Notes: a model not told the origin generated them from the letters alone. A stretch of DNA of 64,000 nucleotides from Candidatus Bathyarchaeota archaeon (GCA_963768425.1 CAVYHV010000014.1:160001-224000), one strand, 5' to 3'. Positions 1-10,544 are shown, counted from the stretch's first letter. Numbers and translations are program-made.

Positions 1-2607
1 GCTTGATGAGTTAGTGATTAGTTTCAGAAGATTCTCTGGGACGGTTGTTGCCCAGTTGAGTTTGCGGATTTCTGCTGTTAGCTCTAGAGCTTTTTCGGCG
101 CCTTGAAAGTCTGTTTTGGATTTGTTGTAGAAGTGGCCAAGCAAGGTTCGCACTGTTTCCGTTGACTCCTCAATCTGCGCCTGCAACTTCTTGACTTTAC
201 GGGCGTCAATAAGATCGGTCAGGATGGTTTTGGTAACCTTTCCGTCGTTGGTTACCCTTGCAATCTGTTTTTGGTCGTTGCGGTAACTCGAGTTAAACAG
301 TTTAAAAGAGCTCTGGCTGTACGAACTGTACCTTGCAATTAACCCGTCTAAATCAAGCTGGTATAACCCGCTTGTGTATGTTTCGTCCAAGCGTCTTTGC
401 ATAAAATCGTGGTCTTGATAGAGCCGTTTAGCCTTAGCCACGATATCACCGACTTGCTCGAAGTATTTGTTATCAAACCACTGCGGCTCAGGCTTATCCT
501 CAGAGAAACACAGCAAAGCCATTCGCGACAATTCTTTGACCTGAGTGAGGGTTAACCCGTCGCTGTCCAACCCCAATATTGGAGCAAGAGCGTGGGAAGT
601 TTCACGCCATTTTCTCGCCGCGAACTCCGTGCTCCTGATGAAAGCTAAGAACTTTTCGCGTTGTGGCAGAAATTCGCTGTCTTCTAGCTCGACCCCAGGA
701 AGTATCCTGCTTAGGGCTTCAAGCTGTTTTTTGAATTCATCTGACTCGTTAAGAACCAAATCGAACAATGATGGGTGGTAGCGTTCCATGAGTTTGGCAC
801 GGGTTTCCCTAATCCAGATGCTGATTTCCCAGTAGTTTTTGGCTTCAACACGAAGTTTTTCGGTGTTTGTGTTTGTTAGCCAATAGGGTTCGGGTTTGGG
901 GCTTTCAGTCAGGAAACTGCTTACTTCTAACAGCCATTTGACGCCAGCAAAGGTTTCGGGTGGAAAAACACCCAGCTTCGATGAAAAATTTTCAGTTTCA
1001 GCTTGCAGGTCCATTAGGCTCTTGTTGATGCCATCAAGCGACGTCAGTACTTCAGAGCGAAGCTCAAGGTTGTAGGCTTCAGCACGGTAATCTACCCATG
1101 GAAAGTCGGGTTCTTCTATCACTTGCCAGACCTTGCTCAGTTGTGAAACGAGCGCTTCCAACTCATGCATCTTCTGAGGAGTGAGCGTTGCCAATTCGGT
1201 TAAGCCGACGGCCACGAAGGGAACTCGTTCAAGGCTGGATATTAAACTCAAAACTTCATATGCGCTCCTCTGAAAGAATGGCCGTTTCTCATGTAACGAA
1301 GCAACGTAACCGTTCAATGCTTCTCTGTACTCTGTCATTTTTTCAAACTCGTGTGCGGATGGCAACTTGCGGGGAACAAGGTTTTCGTCAAGACTTCGTT
1401 TGAGTTCAGCGACAACTTGCTGTTTATTGGCTTTGCTGCTGTGAAGTTCAAGACAGAAATGAGCCAGGCCGACTTCACTAAGGCGTTTGTAAACAACTTC
1501 GAGCGCTGCCATTTTGTCGCTGACGAAGAGTACTGATTTTCCATTGGCGATGCATTCTGCGATTATGTTCGCGATGGTTTGGCTTTTTCCTGTTCCCGGT
1601 GGACCCTTCATGACAAAGCTTTGTCCACGTAAGGCGTATTCAATGGATACGCGTTGGCTGCTGTCGGCGTCAAGAACTTGGTAGGTTTTGTCCGGCGGCT
1701 CGATTTTGTCAACGTCCTTCTCTTCAGGTAACCCGTCCAAAATGAGGTTGTCTTCTTTGATGCCTGCGATAGCACGAATTATTGGGTGTTGCGTGACCAG
1801 CGAAGAGTTTGCCTCCAAATCTTTGTAAATGACTAGTTTTTGAAATGAGAAAAGCCCTAAGTCAACCGATGGTTCTACCGTCCAGCCCAATTCCGCGACA
1901 ACCAAATTAACCTTGTCAAAGTAGCCTTGCAAAGTCAGGTTTTCCCAGTCTTCAGGCAACGGCGGCAAATCGATTTTGTAATCGTTTTTCAGTTTAACTT
2001 GCAGCGCGGGGTTTAAAACCTCTTCTTCCTCAACAGGCGGCAACCCGATACTGTAAGGTTGACGTATTGTGTCCCGTGTTAGCTCAAGAGGCACAAGAAT
2101 AAGGGGTGACTGGACTGGTTCTTTTGTCTCTAAATCAACCCAGTTAAGAGTGCCAAAAGCCACATGTAATATGCGTACTCCTCGTTCTCGGTAATCCAGA
2201 AGGGAGCGCCACTGCAGGGCTTTGAGGTTTCTTTCAAGTTCCAGTCGGGTCATTTCGCCAAGGACTAACTGGTTTGCCTTGGGATGCTGCAGCTCCTTTG
2301 GCAAATCTGCAGGTTCTTTCATGAATGCTTTGGGGTTGCCTTTCGCAGTTTTGGCTTTACCCTTCCCCCTTGAGGGTTCCTGAGCTTCCATCTTTTGGTT
2401 CTCCTCTGGAGGCATCCAGAACTCCAACCGTTTCTTCTTCAAGACCAATGAGCCAAAAATTGCTTGCATATCGGGTTGTGAGATTGATAGGCTTCCTCGT
2501 TTATTTTTGTGGAAGTATAGGAGGTTGTTTCTTCTTGACAAGTCGATTAATCTTGATTTCCAGTCTTCCACTCTTTTCATAGGCTGGGAAGTAACTGTTT
2601 GAGTCAT
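1..2607 (-). CDS. DUF4011-containing superfamily 1 (Upf1/Dna2-like) helicase, runs off the window edge
   Basis: Not in ORF track. Manual translation gives N-terminal WKSRLIDLSRRNNLL (DUF4011-like) and, in the same frame, DADSSQ...VMKGPPGTGKSQTIANII (Walker A, ~1560-1680) followed by SVLFVSDKMAALEVV. Confidence 0.88.
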   Translation of the reverse strand, partial: MTQTVTSQPMKRVEDWKSRLIDLSRRNNLLYFHKNKRGSLSISQPDMQAIFGSLVLKKKRLEFWMPPEENQKMEAQEPSRGKGKAKTAKGNPKAFMKEPADLPKELQHPKANQLVLGEMTRLELERNLKALQWRSLLDYRERGVRILHVAFGTLNWVDLETKEPVQSPLILVPLELTRDTIRQPYSIGLPPVEEEEVLNPALQVKLKNDYKIDLPPLPEDWENLTLQGYFDKVNLVVAELGWTVEPSVDLGLFSFQKLVIYKDLEANSSLVTQHPIIRAIAGIKEDNLILDGLPEEKDVDKIEPPDKTYQVLDADSSQRVSIEYALRGQSFVMKGPPGTGKSQTIANIIAECIANGKSVLFVSDKMAALEVVYKRLSEVGLAHFCLELHSSKANKQQVVAELKRSLDENLVPRKLPSAHEFEKMTEYREALNGYVASLHEKRPFFQRSAYEVLSLISSLERVPFVAVGLTELATLTPQKMHELEALVSQLSKVWQVIEEPDFPWVDYRAEAYNLELRSEVLTSLDGINKSLMDLQAETENFSSKLGVFPPETFAGVKWLLEVSSFLTESPKPEPYWLTNTNTEKLRVEAKNYWEISIWIRETRAKLMERYHPSLFDLVLNESDEFKKQLEALSRILPGVELEDSEFLPQREKFLAFIRSTEFAARKWRETSHALAPILGLDSDGLTLTQVKELSRMALLCFSEDKPEPQWFDNKYFEQVGDIVAKAKRLYQDHDFMQRRLDETYTSGLYQLDLDGLIARYSSYSQSSFKLFNSSYRNDQKQIARVTNDGKVTKTILTDLIDARKVKKLQAQIEESTETVRTLLGHFYNKSKTDFQGAEKALELTAEIRKLNWATTVPENLLKLITNSSS

Positions 2608-2719
2608 AACTACGTCCACACCCTCGGGTTGCATTATGATGCGGATGCTTCTTTAATATTTGCGGTATCTCCATACGGGCTCAGACAATCAATTACTTAA
2701 CTTTCAGGCGCTAAAAGAG

Positions 2720-3379
2720 TCACTTGGTTCTTGTAGCATGTTGAATTGCATCAAAAACCACTCGCCTCACGTTTTCAAGCCCAACATTCCGTGTTTCGAG
2801 AATCGCCAGCCCCAAACCCGACTTTTCAAGCTCAGCACGGCATTCCTCTGCGTTGCCGAGGGTATCCAAAAGCACTATGCCTTTGATTCCACTAAACATT
2901 GCAGCAAACGCCGCCTCATCAACCCCTTCCTCAAGCATCTTTTGTTTCATATGCTTGAAAAACTCAATCATCCCAGGACCCATAAACATTAAGTTATGGT
3001 CGGGGTCAGCCTCAAAAAATGCTCCGCCTCCGCCAAGCTGGCAATCGATACAGTTTGCCGCATTAACCTTGGTAATCCCATATTCGTCTATCAGCTTTTT
3101 CATTTCACCGTTTTGTCCAAGGCAAAGGTCACCATAAACCAAGACGACTTTGCCGCAATAACGTTTTAGGGATGCCTCCAAGACTTTGCAGAGGTTTGTC
3201 TCCAAGGTCTCATAGTCAACATGGAAGTATTTGCTGACGAAAACCAGCTCGGCATCCAATCGCCCGTCTTTGACCAAGCGCTGCAGCTCGTCTTTTAGAA
3301 CACTACAGGAAACCAGACAAACCTTGCCATTCCCGCTCGTAATCACGCATCTCCACGTAAACATGGATTTGACGCCCAA
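2720..3379 (-). CDS. DUF1638 domain-containing protein
   Basis: SCSVLKDE, YFHVD, LVYGDLC and NAANCIDCQLGG motifs resemble DUF1638. Confidence 0.7.
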   Translation of the reverse strand: MGVKSMFTWRCVITSGNGKVCLVSCSVLKDELQRLVKDGRLDAELVFVSKYFHVDYETLETNLCKVLEASLKRYCGKVVLVYGDLCLGQNGEMKKLIDEYGITKVNAANCIDCQLGGGGAFFEADPDHNLMFMGPGMIEFFKHMKQKMLEEGVDEAAFAAMFSGIKGIVLLDTLGNAEECRAELEKSGLGLAILETRNVGLENVRRVVFDAIQHATRTK

Positions 3380-3623
3380 AAAAGGTTTTCTAAAACCCCT
3401 TCAGAGCAAAAGGCAACGTGGAAACAGCAAAAACCATATTTCGCCAGACATGGGGAAATCAGGTAAGCTCATCTTGAGCCCTAAGCCATAAGAACAACCC
3501 AAATTGGTCTTTCCAAGAAATGGACCGACCAATAGTTTTTTGCCTCATTCTTACAAACAAAACCATAACATGAATTGATGGAAAATTAGGAACAGCTAAG
3601 AAAAAAAATAATTAAAAGCGAGT

Positions 3624-4490
3624 TTATGCGGCTTTTGGCTTGGCTTTGTCGACTGCTCCGCTTAGGCTGGTCATTTCTGAGTTTGCTTTGCGTATTAGTT
3701 CTGCGATTGTGTCTTTGGTGGGTATTGCTGCAGAGATGGATAATGCGATCGCTTTCTGGTGGGCTTGCTGCAATAATGGTTTAATTGTGTCTTTGGTCGC
3801 GTAGCTGATTTCTAATGCGAGGGCGAAAGCTTCTTGATTGCTTTGCTCAACACTTCTCCTTGTCGCGTCTACGTCGACTTTGAGTTGGTCGCCCACGATA
3901 ACTAATCCGTTGTCGAATACTGCACGCATTGAAATGCCTAATTCAACAGCTTTGATGTTTAATTTAGAGAGGACACCTGCAAGTTGCTCGCCGATTGCTT
4001 CACCTTTGCGGGCAACCAACGTATCTTTGCTTACCCAGACGCTGCCTGATTCGATGCGTGTTGGCAAGCCTACTAGGTTAAGTTGACTGATGATGGGTCC
4101 TGGAGGCTGACCTGTATTGCCTGCGGGAACAATGACATCCATGGCGGCTGTGTCGCCTGCCTTCGCGGTTGTTTTAACTTTGCCCCGTTCTAAAAGTAAT
4201 GCGAGTTTGAAGGGGTTTAGGCTTGTGAACAGGTAAACGTTTGATCCATCCAAGAATTGCTCAAGCTTCTTTAGGTCTTCCTGCTTCATTTCTTCGATGG
4301 CAAGTCTCACGAGCGTATTCTTTAAAACTCGAAGGTAAACTTTGCCTTGCATGGTTTTCTTTAACTCTTGAAGCTGTGAAGCACGAACCTTCTTCAGACT
4401 AGCAATGCCGATGGACTTGTACTCTTTAAGTATGTCCTTTATCGCGTCTACTTCGCTTGACTTTTCCTCTAACACTTGTTGGGACGGCAT
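3624..4490 (-). CDS. rpl10: 50S ribosomal protein uL10 (P0)
   Basis: VLKNTLV, FTSLNPFKL, AGNTGQPPGP motifs; follows rpl1; no acidic C-terminal tail. Confidence 0.96.
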   Translation of the reverse strand: MPSQQVLEEKSSEVDAIKDILKEYKSIGIASLKKVRASQLQELKKTMQGKVYLRVLKNTLVRLAIEEMKQEDLKKLEQFLDGSNVYLFTSLNPFKLALLLERGKVKTTAKAGDTAAMDVIVPAGNTGQPPGPIISQLNLVGLPTRIESGSVWVSKDTLVARKGEAIGEQLAGVLSKLNIKAVELGISMRAVFDNGLVIVGDQLKVDVDATRRSVEQSNQEAFALALEISYATKDTIKPLLQQAHQKAIALSISAAIPTKDTIAELIRKANSEMTSLSGAVDKAKPKAA

Positions 4491-4505
4491 AATTTCTCAA
4501 ACTCA

Positions 4506-5156
4506 TTAAGGTTTAATTTTAACTGGCTCACCCATGGACGTCTTGATGAAAGCGAACTTTACGTTTTTCAGACCACGTTTAAGTTTTCCATCTAAAACAC
4601 GAAGAACAGTCATGGTGTTCTCGACAAGGTCTTCATCCTTCATCTGCTGGGAGCCAACTGAAACTTGAATGGTTGGTTGGTTGCGCATTCTCACAACCAC
4701 CGTTTTACGATGCTTCTTGATTAAGGCTGCAATGTCAGCGTTAGGCGCTACGGGTATAGGCATTTTTCCTCTTGGACCCAAGACTGGACCCAGAATCCTA
4801 CCTACGAGAGGCATTAGAGGCGCTTCAGAAATGAAAACGTCATAGCCCTCAGCGAGCTTACGCAAATCCTTCTTTTTCCCATTTAACTGGTCTAAGTCGG
4901 CACGTTCAACAACGTAGTCCGCCTCAGCGTTCCTCGCTTTAAAGGCAAATTCACCAGAAGCAATAACACAGACCTTGTTAGGCTTGCCCGTTTCGTGTGG
5001 TAGCTCAACGATCTCTTGGATTTTGCCTTCAGGCGACTTCATGTCGATCTCTGTAATGTCCAGGATCAAATCTACTGTCTGATTGAACTTCTTGTCGCCA
5101 GACTTCGTCTTTGCCTGTTTAATTGCTTCAGATATTGTTTTGTTGTCTAGGGGCAT
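4506..5156 (-). CDS. rpl1: 50S ribosomal protein uL1
   Basis: KFNQTVDL, LGPVLGPRGKMP, KTSMG; start set at MPLDNK. Confidence 0.97.
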   Translation of the reverse strand: MPLDNKTISEAIKQAKTKSGDKKFNQTVDLILDITEIDMKSPEGKIQEIVELPHETGKPNKVCVIASGEFAFKARNAEADYVVERADLDQLNGKKKDLRKLAEGYDVFISEAPLMPLVGRILGPVLGPRGKMPIPVAPNADIAALIKKHRKTVVVRMRNQPTIQVSVGSQQMKDEDLVENTMTVLRVLDGKLKRGLKNVKFAFIKTSMGEPVKIKP

Positions 5157-5214
5157 TTTTAAGCCTCGTGCCAATGAGGGATTGGAAACCCATTATAAAA
5201 ATATTCGCTTATCA

Positions 5215-5703
5215 TTATTCGTTACCAAACAGTTGTTCATATTTTCCGTCGTCGATGTCTTTTTGGACTTCCCGCGGGTCTTTGCCTTCAACAGTGGCGC
5301 CTAGACTGATGCATGTGCCAAGCATTTCTTTTGTCGCCTTCTTTAGTGTAGGCGCTAAAAGTTCTGGACGCTTAATTTTGGCGATACGTACCATCTGCTC
5401 CATAGATAAATCGCCTATTTTAACGGTGTTAGGTGTCCCTGAGCCCTTCTCCACTTTTAACTCAGCAACAATAAGAGCCGAAGCAGTGGGAGTGCCTACG
5501 GTAACTTCAAAGGTTTTGTCCTCAGTGTCAACGGTGATTTTCACTGGAACCTTCATTCCAGCATAGTCTTTAGTAAGCTCGTTAATTTTGTTGACGATAG
5601 CCATGATGTTAACGCCTAACGGTCCGAGAGCTGGACCCAGAGGTGGACCTGCATTGGCTTGTCCGCCGTTTACAAGTAATTCAACAGATTTTTTTTCGCT
5701 CAT
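5215..5703 (-). CDS. rpl11: 50S ribosomal protein uL11
   Basis: GGQANAGPPLGPALGPLG signature. Confidence 0.98.
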   Translation of the reverse strand: MSEKKSVELLVNGGQANAGPPLGPALGPLGVNIMAIVNKINELTKDYAGMKVPVKITVDTEDKTFEVTVGTPTASALIVAELKVEKGSGTPNTVKIGDLSMEQMVRIAKIKRPELLAPTLKKATKEMLGTCISLGATVEGKDPREVQKDIDDGKYEQLFGNE

Positions 5704-5722
5704 ACTTTTTCACCAGTTTACT

Positions 5723-6193
5723 TTATCTTGCTTTTTCCACCAGTTTTACATAATCTGAGTGTACCGTAATAGGCAAAGTAAATGTCGCCTCAAGCAGTTC
5801 GAGGGTAACTTCGCCTTTTGACTTGTCAAGCCTTGTGATTTTAGCCCGCATACCCTTGAATGGACCACCTGTAATTTCAACAACGTCATCTTCGTTGAGG
5901 TCCTCCATGACAGGTTTGCGAACAATGTACCGTTCAATTTCAGCGAAGCTGACAAGGCCAGGAATTCGGGAGCGCACATGCCTTAAACCTGATATGGCTT
6001 CTTCCACCAAATGCGGTCCATCGGCCTCGACAAACACGTATCCTTTCAACGTGTCTGGCACAAGAAGAGCTTTTATGGGAATGTGGTTCATCTCAACCTT
6101 AGAAGCGATTAACCGGGCTACGTTTCTTTCCTGCCCAGTGGTTGTTTTAACCACGAAAATTTTGGTCTGCATTTGCTCTTCTTTCTTTTCCAT
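5723..6193 (-). CDS. spt5: Transcription elongation factor Spt5/NusG
   Basis: KTTTGQERNVA, KGYVFVEA and KOW motif ITGGPFKG. Confidence 0.97.
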   Translation of the reverse strand: MEKKEEQMQTKIFVVKTTTGQERNVARLIASKVEMNHIPIKALLVPDTLKGYVFVEADGPHLVEEAISGLRHVRSRIPGLVSFAEIERYIVRKPVMEDLNEDDVVEITGGPFKGMRAKITRLDKSKGEVTLELLEATFTLPITVHSDYVKLVEKAR

Positions 6194-6206
6194 AATTTAA
6201 TCCTTC

Positions 6207-6398
6207 TTAAGTTGTAGTGCTTGACGCGCCTGTGGATCCTAGGGCCCATGAAAGAAGCTTTATAATGTAGCCGATCACGCCAACTATGCCTATGCCGAGA
6301 AGACTAATCTTTATCGAGAGCCACAGCTCTTCCCGTCCAGGCTTGCTAGCGAGCTTCAGGGTTCGTCCCGCTTGCATTAACCAAGATTTTATACCCAT
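6207..6398 (-). CDS. secE: Protein translocase subunit SecE/Sec61-gamma
   Basis: RTLKLASKPGREE plus one TM helix; directly upstream of spt5. Confidence 0.93.
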   Translation of the reverse strand: MGIKSWLMQAGRTLKLASKPGREELWLSIKISLLGIGIVGVIGYIIKLLSWALGSTGASSTTT

Positions 6399-6516
6399 AT
6401 CTATCGCACACTCAACATTTCATTATTCAATAATAAATGTTACTGTGACTTAAGCTTTAAAAACAAGTTCCTCAGGACCTTTAAAGTTTCCTAAAAGGGC
6501 CAGTTGCTGGTTTCAA

Positions 6517-7146
6517 ATGCCCCAAGTAAATATAATACGTTTGCAACAAGTCACTGTTAGGTGCGAATTTATGAATGCGGGTGCTGTGAAAGACAGTCTT
6601 TCGTTTGCTCATCGAAGATTATGCGAGTTAAAGACGCTTAATAACGGAGATTTGGCAGGCGCAAAACCAGAAGATAGGCAAATATTGATTGAAGAGTTTT
6701 TCTTTCACCTTGTCGGAGCGGTTGAGATTCTTGCCCAAATGATTAACAACCAGAGAACTCTTGGGTTAGATCCTGAAAGAGTTACTGTCAGAACAGTTTC
6801 CTGCAGATTAGCAGCTGCTGACCAAATAAAATCTTTGTTAAGTCAGTTGTATCCGACCACCAGATCTAGTGACCAACGTTGGCTGCCTCTTCCGCGTGAT
6901 CCTTATTCTGAAGATGGAAGTCATTTTAGAATTGTAGTTTATACATATTGGGTTAATCACTGCGGAGAGAATCCTCTCCACTTTCGTTCGGGAGCAGAAC
7001 CCAATGTTAGTTTGATCTTAGATCCAAGAAACCCCTCCGCTGGGAGCTCAAAGCTTGCGGCTATGGATGAGCTGCAAACGTTTTGGAATCTGGTAAACGA
7101 TAAATGTCGGCGAATCATAGGAATTTTGACTTCTGCGGCTTCATGA
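6517..7146 (+). CDS. Hypothetical protein, possibly HEPN (Cthe_2314-like) fold
   Basis: 209-aa ORF opposite to its conserved neighbours; helical EEFFFHLVGAVEILAQMIN segment; no intact RxxxxH. Confidence 0.45.
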   Translation: MPQVNIIRLQQVTVRCEFMNAGAVKDSLSFAHRRLCELKTLNNGDLAGAKPEDRQILIEEFFFHLVGAVEILAQMINNQRTLGLDPERVTVRTVSCRLAAADQIKSLLSQLYPTTRSSDQRWLPLPRDPYSEDGSHFRIVVYTYWVNHCGENPLHFRSGAEPNVSLILDPRNPSAGSSKLAAMDELQTFWNLVNDKCRRIIGILTSAAS

Positions 7147-7190
7147 ACACCCTTGGCGATTTCTGAATACATTCCTGAAAAGCACTTTTT

Positions 7191-8014
7191 TCAGACTTTC
7201 TTAAAAGGCAAGCCAACCTCTTGCAGGGCAGACAACAACTTGGGTTTGTCTTGACTTGTTATGCCTTTCCAGTCGAGAATCGCCAATGAAACCTTCTCCA
7301 AAGTCTTATGTACGCATTGCGAGATCATTTCGGAATCGACATTGGAAACGGCATATTTTGGAATGATATGCCCAAATGCAGCTTCGCCTGCCAAAGCTAC
7401 GCGAGAGAACTTTTGGTTGTAGTGAGGCCCCCTACCCCGAGAACTGCTGAATCAGAGGGCGAGGAGAAATTAGCTATTGCCGTCATAGCAGCGTCGCCAA
7501 CAACGCGTGCGGCGGTCAAATCGTTCCATTGAGGCTCCGAACTGCCCAACTCAACAAACATGACTGGTAAATTTAAGGTTGGACCGTGATGGGTGCCTTC
7601 GTATGAAACTTCGTAGTCTAAGTTAAGTTCCTGTTTTAAGCTGCAGAATGCTCTAAGCGCGGATTGCATAGCAGTAGCAGGCGCAATAGATAGAGTACGG
7701 GTTAAACCTCCAAGTTCGGCTTCACCGAAGTTTCCCGTTGTATGAACAGAAAGGGTGGGTTTGCCGCTTCGGCTACTGTGGCGCGAAATAAAGACAACTA
7801 GCTGAGCGTTTGGGAAATCGTCCCCGAGGCATTGAGATTTTACTGCTTCTTCTTTAAGCGTAAGGAAGCTGATCTGTTTTCCACCGATTTCAACCATGTA
7901 AATAGTCGTTTCCTGATACTTTTGAGATGTCATTTTGAATGGGTAATGTCGAAGGACGCTTTCGGCTATGTTTACCCCAGCAACGTCGCATTTTGAGTGA
8001 ACGAGTAGGATCAT
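7191..8014 (-). CDS. dtdA: D-aminoacyl-tRNA deacylase (archaeal DtdA), frameshift near 7400
   Basis: FISRHSS, LSVHTTGNF, YEGTHHGP, FVELGSSEPQW; C-terminus (GHIIPKY, LDWKG) in second frame. Confidence 0.93.
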
Positions 8015-8195
8015 ACGGGCACTTCCTCTATCTCTTAGTTTGTTCTTTCTAAAAAAGTTGTTAAACTCTGTAAGACAGGCACATATGCTGGTCAAACATG
8101 AAATAGTTTTTTGAAACGATTCAGCTTTTCGCCCAGCCAGATTCTGCATAAAGCTTATAATTAATAGATAGGTTCAGCGTACGGGGTAACAAAAA

Positions 8196-9107
8196 ATGCA
8201 TCTGATCAATTTCAAAGAGTTGTCAAAAAAAGGCCTTAACGCAATTATTGATTTGGGCATTGATACAAAGCACAACCCTAAAAAGTACCGTAAAGAGTTC
8301 GACGGCAAGTCTATCGCCTTGATTTTTCAGAAGACGTCTACTCGGACAAGAGTTTCCTTTGAAGTTGCCGCTACCCAGTTGGGCGGTCACGGATTGTTTA
8401 TTGACTGGCGAACCACAAACTTCACTTTAGCAGATATTGGTGACGAAATCCGTTACTTGTCGCGGAACGTTGATCTCATTATGGCTCGGCTGCTTTACCA
8501 TTCTGACCTGCTGAAGATGGCAACTGCTTCGCGCGTTCCAGTTATAAACGGCTGCGATGACAAATACCATCCGAGCGAGATTATTGGAGATTTAATCACG
8601 ATAAAAGAGAAGAAAGGTACGCTTAAAGGCGTCAAACTCGTCTACATCGGCGTGCACAACAATGTCTGTAACTCACTTATCGAAGGCTGCACTAAAACAG
8701 GAGTCAAACTGACGACGGTGACGCCGTTTTTCAACGAAGCCGCGCGAGACGAGAAGTTAATGGCGGAAGCGAAGAAGTCTGGTCTGTGGCAGTCGACCTT
8801 GGACGCTAAAGAGGCGGTTAAAGATGCGGATTTCGTTTACACTGACACCTGGATTGACATGGAGTTTTTCACTGACCCCAAGTTCGCCGCTGAAAAAGAG
8901 AAACGCATCAAACTTATGATGCCATACCAAATTAACGCTGAACTGCTCAAAGGCAGCAAAGCCAGCATCATGCACGACATGCCAATCCACCGCGGATACG
9001 AAATAAGCCCAGAAGCCATCGAAAACCCGAAGTCAGTGATTTTTGAACAATCAGAAAACCGCCTGTACTCAGCAAAAGCAATAATGCTCACATTAATGAC
9101 TGCTTGA
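8196..9107 (+). CDS. argF: Ornithine carbamoyltransferase family protein
   Basis: FQKTSTRTRVSFE, INGCDDKYHP, QSENR; variant DTWIDME and HDMP motifs. Confidence 0.85.
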   Translation: MHLINFKELSKKGLNAIIDLGIDTKHNPKKYRKEFDGKSIALIFQKTSTRTRVSFEVAATQLGGHGLFIDWRTTNFTLADIGDEIRYLSRNVDLIMARLLYHSDLLKMATASRVPVINGCDDKYHPSEIIGDLITIKEKKGTLKGVKLVYIGVHNNVCNSLIEGCTKTGVKLTTVTPFFNEAARDEKLMAEAKKSGLWQSTLDAKEAVKDADFVYTDTWIDMEFFTDPKFAAEKEKRIKLMMPYQINAELLKGSKASIMHDMPIHRGYEISPEAIENPKSVIFEQSENRLYSAKAIMLTLMTA

Positions 9108-9405
9108 TTTAATCGCACTTTCGCATATTCACAAATAGCTAGCTAAAACGACCATTCCACTCTTTAAAACTAATCTTTCAAACGAAAATTATCAGAATTA
9201 AAGTGTAAAAGAAAAAATGCACTTCTAATTCTTAACGAGGTTATGTCTCCAGCCCATTAGCAGTTTTTTCGGCAACTTGAAATGAGAAGTTCAACAACAA
9301 CATCAACAACAACAACCAAATTGTTGTTCTTCTCTGCTTCATATTTAAACCGCCGTAAGTTACAGATGGAAAGCAAAGTTAAAATGGCTCCAGATAACTA
9401 GGTTT

Positions 9406-9942
9406 TTGATGCTTCGCCTAGTATCTTTTCTAAGAGGGATCAATGTCGGCGGCCGTGTTGTTAAAAAAGAGAAGTTGAAAGAAGTCTTCGCCAGCTCAGG
9501 TTTTCAAAATGTTTCTACCTACAAGCAAAGTGGTAATGTGATCTTTGAAACCACATCGACAAACATGGAAGAAATCAAAAATGAAATTGAAGATGGGTTA
9601 ACCCGCGTGCTAAATTATAACGTTTCCGTTTTCATACGCACGCTTCCGCAACTTAAACAAATAGTTGATACGGAACCGTTCCAAAACCAGAGTAAAGAGG
9701 GGACAAGTTTTCTAGTGACTCTGCTTCCAAGTTCCTTTCCCAAATTCCCTTTGCAGTTGCCGTTAACAATCCCAAAGTCTACGGCGCTGATAATTTCGGC
9801 TGAGGGCATGGAAGTTTTCAGTGTTACTCATGGAGGCGGAGAAGGAGCGTTGCCTAACTCGTTTATTGAGTCAAAACTGAAGCTTAAAGCAACGACTCGT
9901 AACATGAACATTATTAAGGAAATCGTTGAAAAGTTCGGATAA
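9406..9942 (+). CDS. DUF1697 family protein
   Basis: FLRGINVGG, TYKQSGNVIF, ATTRNMN. Confidence 0.9.
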   Translation: MMLRLVSFLRGINVGGRVVKKEKLKEVFASSGFQNVSTYKQSGNVIFETTSTNMEEIKNEIEDGLTRVLNYNVSVFIRTLPQLKQIVDTEPFQNQSKEGTSFLVTLLPSSFPKFPLQLPLTIPKSTALIISAEGMEVFSVTHGGGEGALPNSFIESKLKLKATTRNMNIIKEIVEKFG

Positions 9943-9962
9943 AGCAAAAATCAAAGAAAGAT

Positions 9963-10394
9963 TCAAGGTTTTTTCCTAACGTAACCGCAAGAGTAGCATT
10001 TTGCGTCGTGAACACAAACAACGTCACCGCAGCTGGGGCATCGAAATCTCTCAGCCTGATCCTTCAAGAACTCGTCCATACCCTTAGATTTGAGGATCCT
10101 TAAGTTTTCAACCATACTCATGCCGTAGCGTTCTCTGTAGCGTTTATCAAGATGGCTTAGTTTTTCGCAAGGCATCGTTTCACATTCGCTGCAGTATTTG
10201 ACTTCGTGGTGGGTTAGTTTTTTGCAGTCTCTTTTTATGTAACAGTTTTTAGCTCTAGGCTGGCAGCCTGCACAATAAGAGATTTTGCCCCGTACTCTCG
10301 GTACGCCGTGCATATAGGCAATATATCCTCTGCATATGCCGCAGTTCATACCGCAGGGTGCTACAAGTTCGGGGCTAAACAGCTCTTTGCTCAT
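9963..10394 (-). CDS. DUF3795 cysteine-rich protein
   Basis: VAPCGMNCGIC, CAGC, YCSECETMPC, CPSCG. Confidence 0.88.
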   Translation of the reverse strand: MSKELFSPELVAPCGMNCGICRGYIAYMHGVPRVRGKISYCAGCQPRAKNCYIKRDCKKLTHHEVKYCSECETMPCEKLSHLDKRYRERYGMSMVENLRILKSKGMDEFLKDQAERFRCPSCGDVVCVHDAKCYSCGYVRKKP

Positions 10395-10544
10395 GGGGTA
10401 TTATTAGGTAGGTTTCGTAACTTAACATTTTTGTCGGTTCTCGAAATAGAGGCAAAGACGCGAGCTTGCTTGAGGGAAAATTCTCAATGAGCGTTGTAAA
10501 ATGCCGGATGATCACGACCAAGCCAAACTAATCAGGCAAAACCC

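Noticed and set aside
545-2582. Short ORFs listed in the track here, and similar antisense ORFs elsewhere
   Set aside because: Shadow ORFs overlapping well-supported genes
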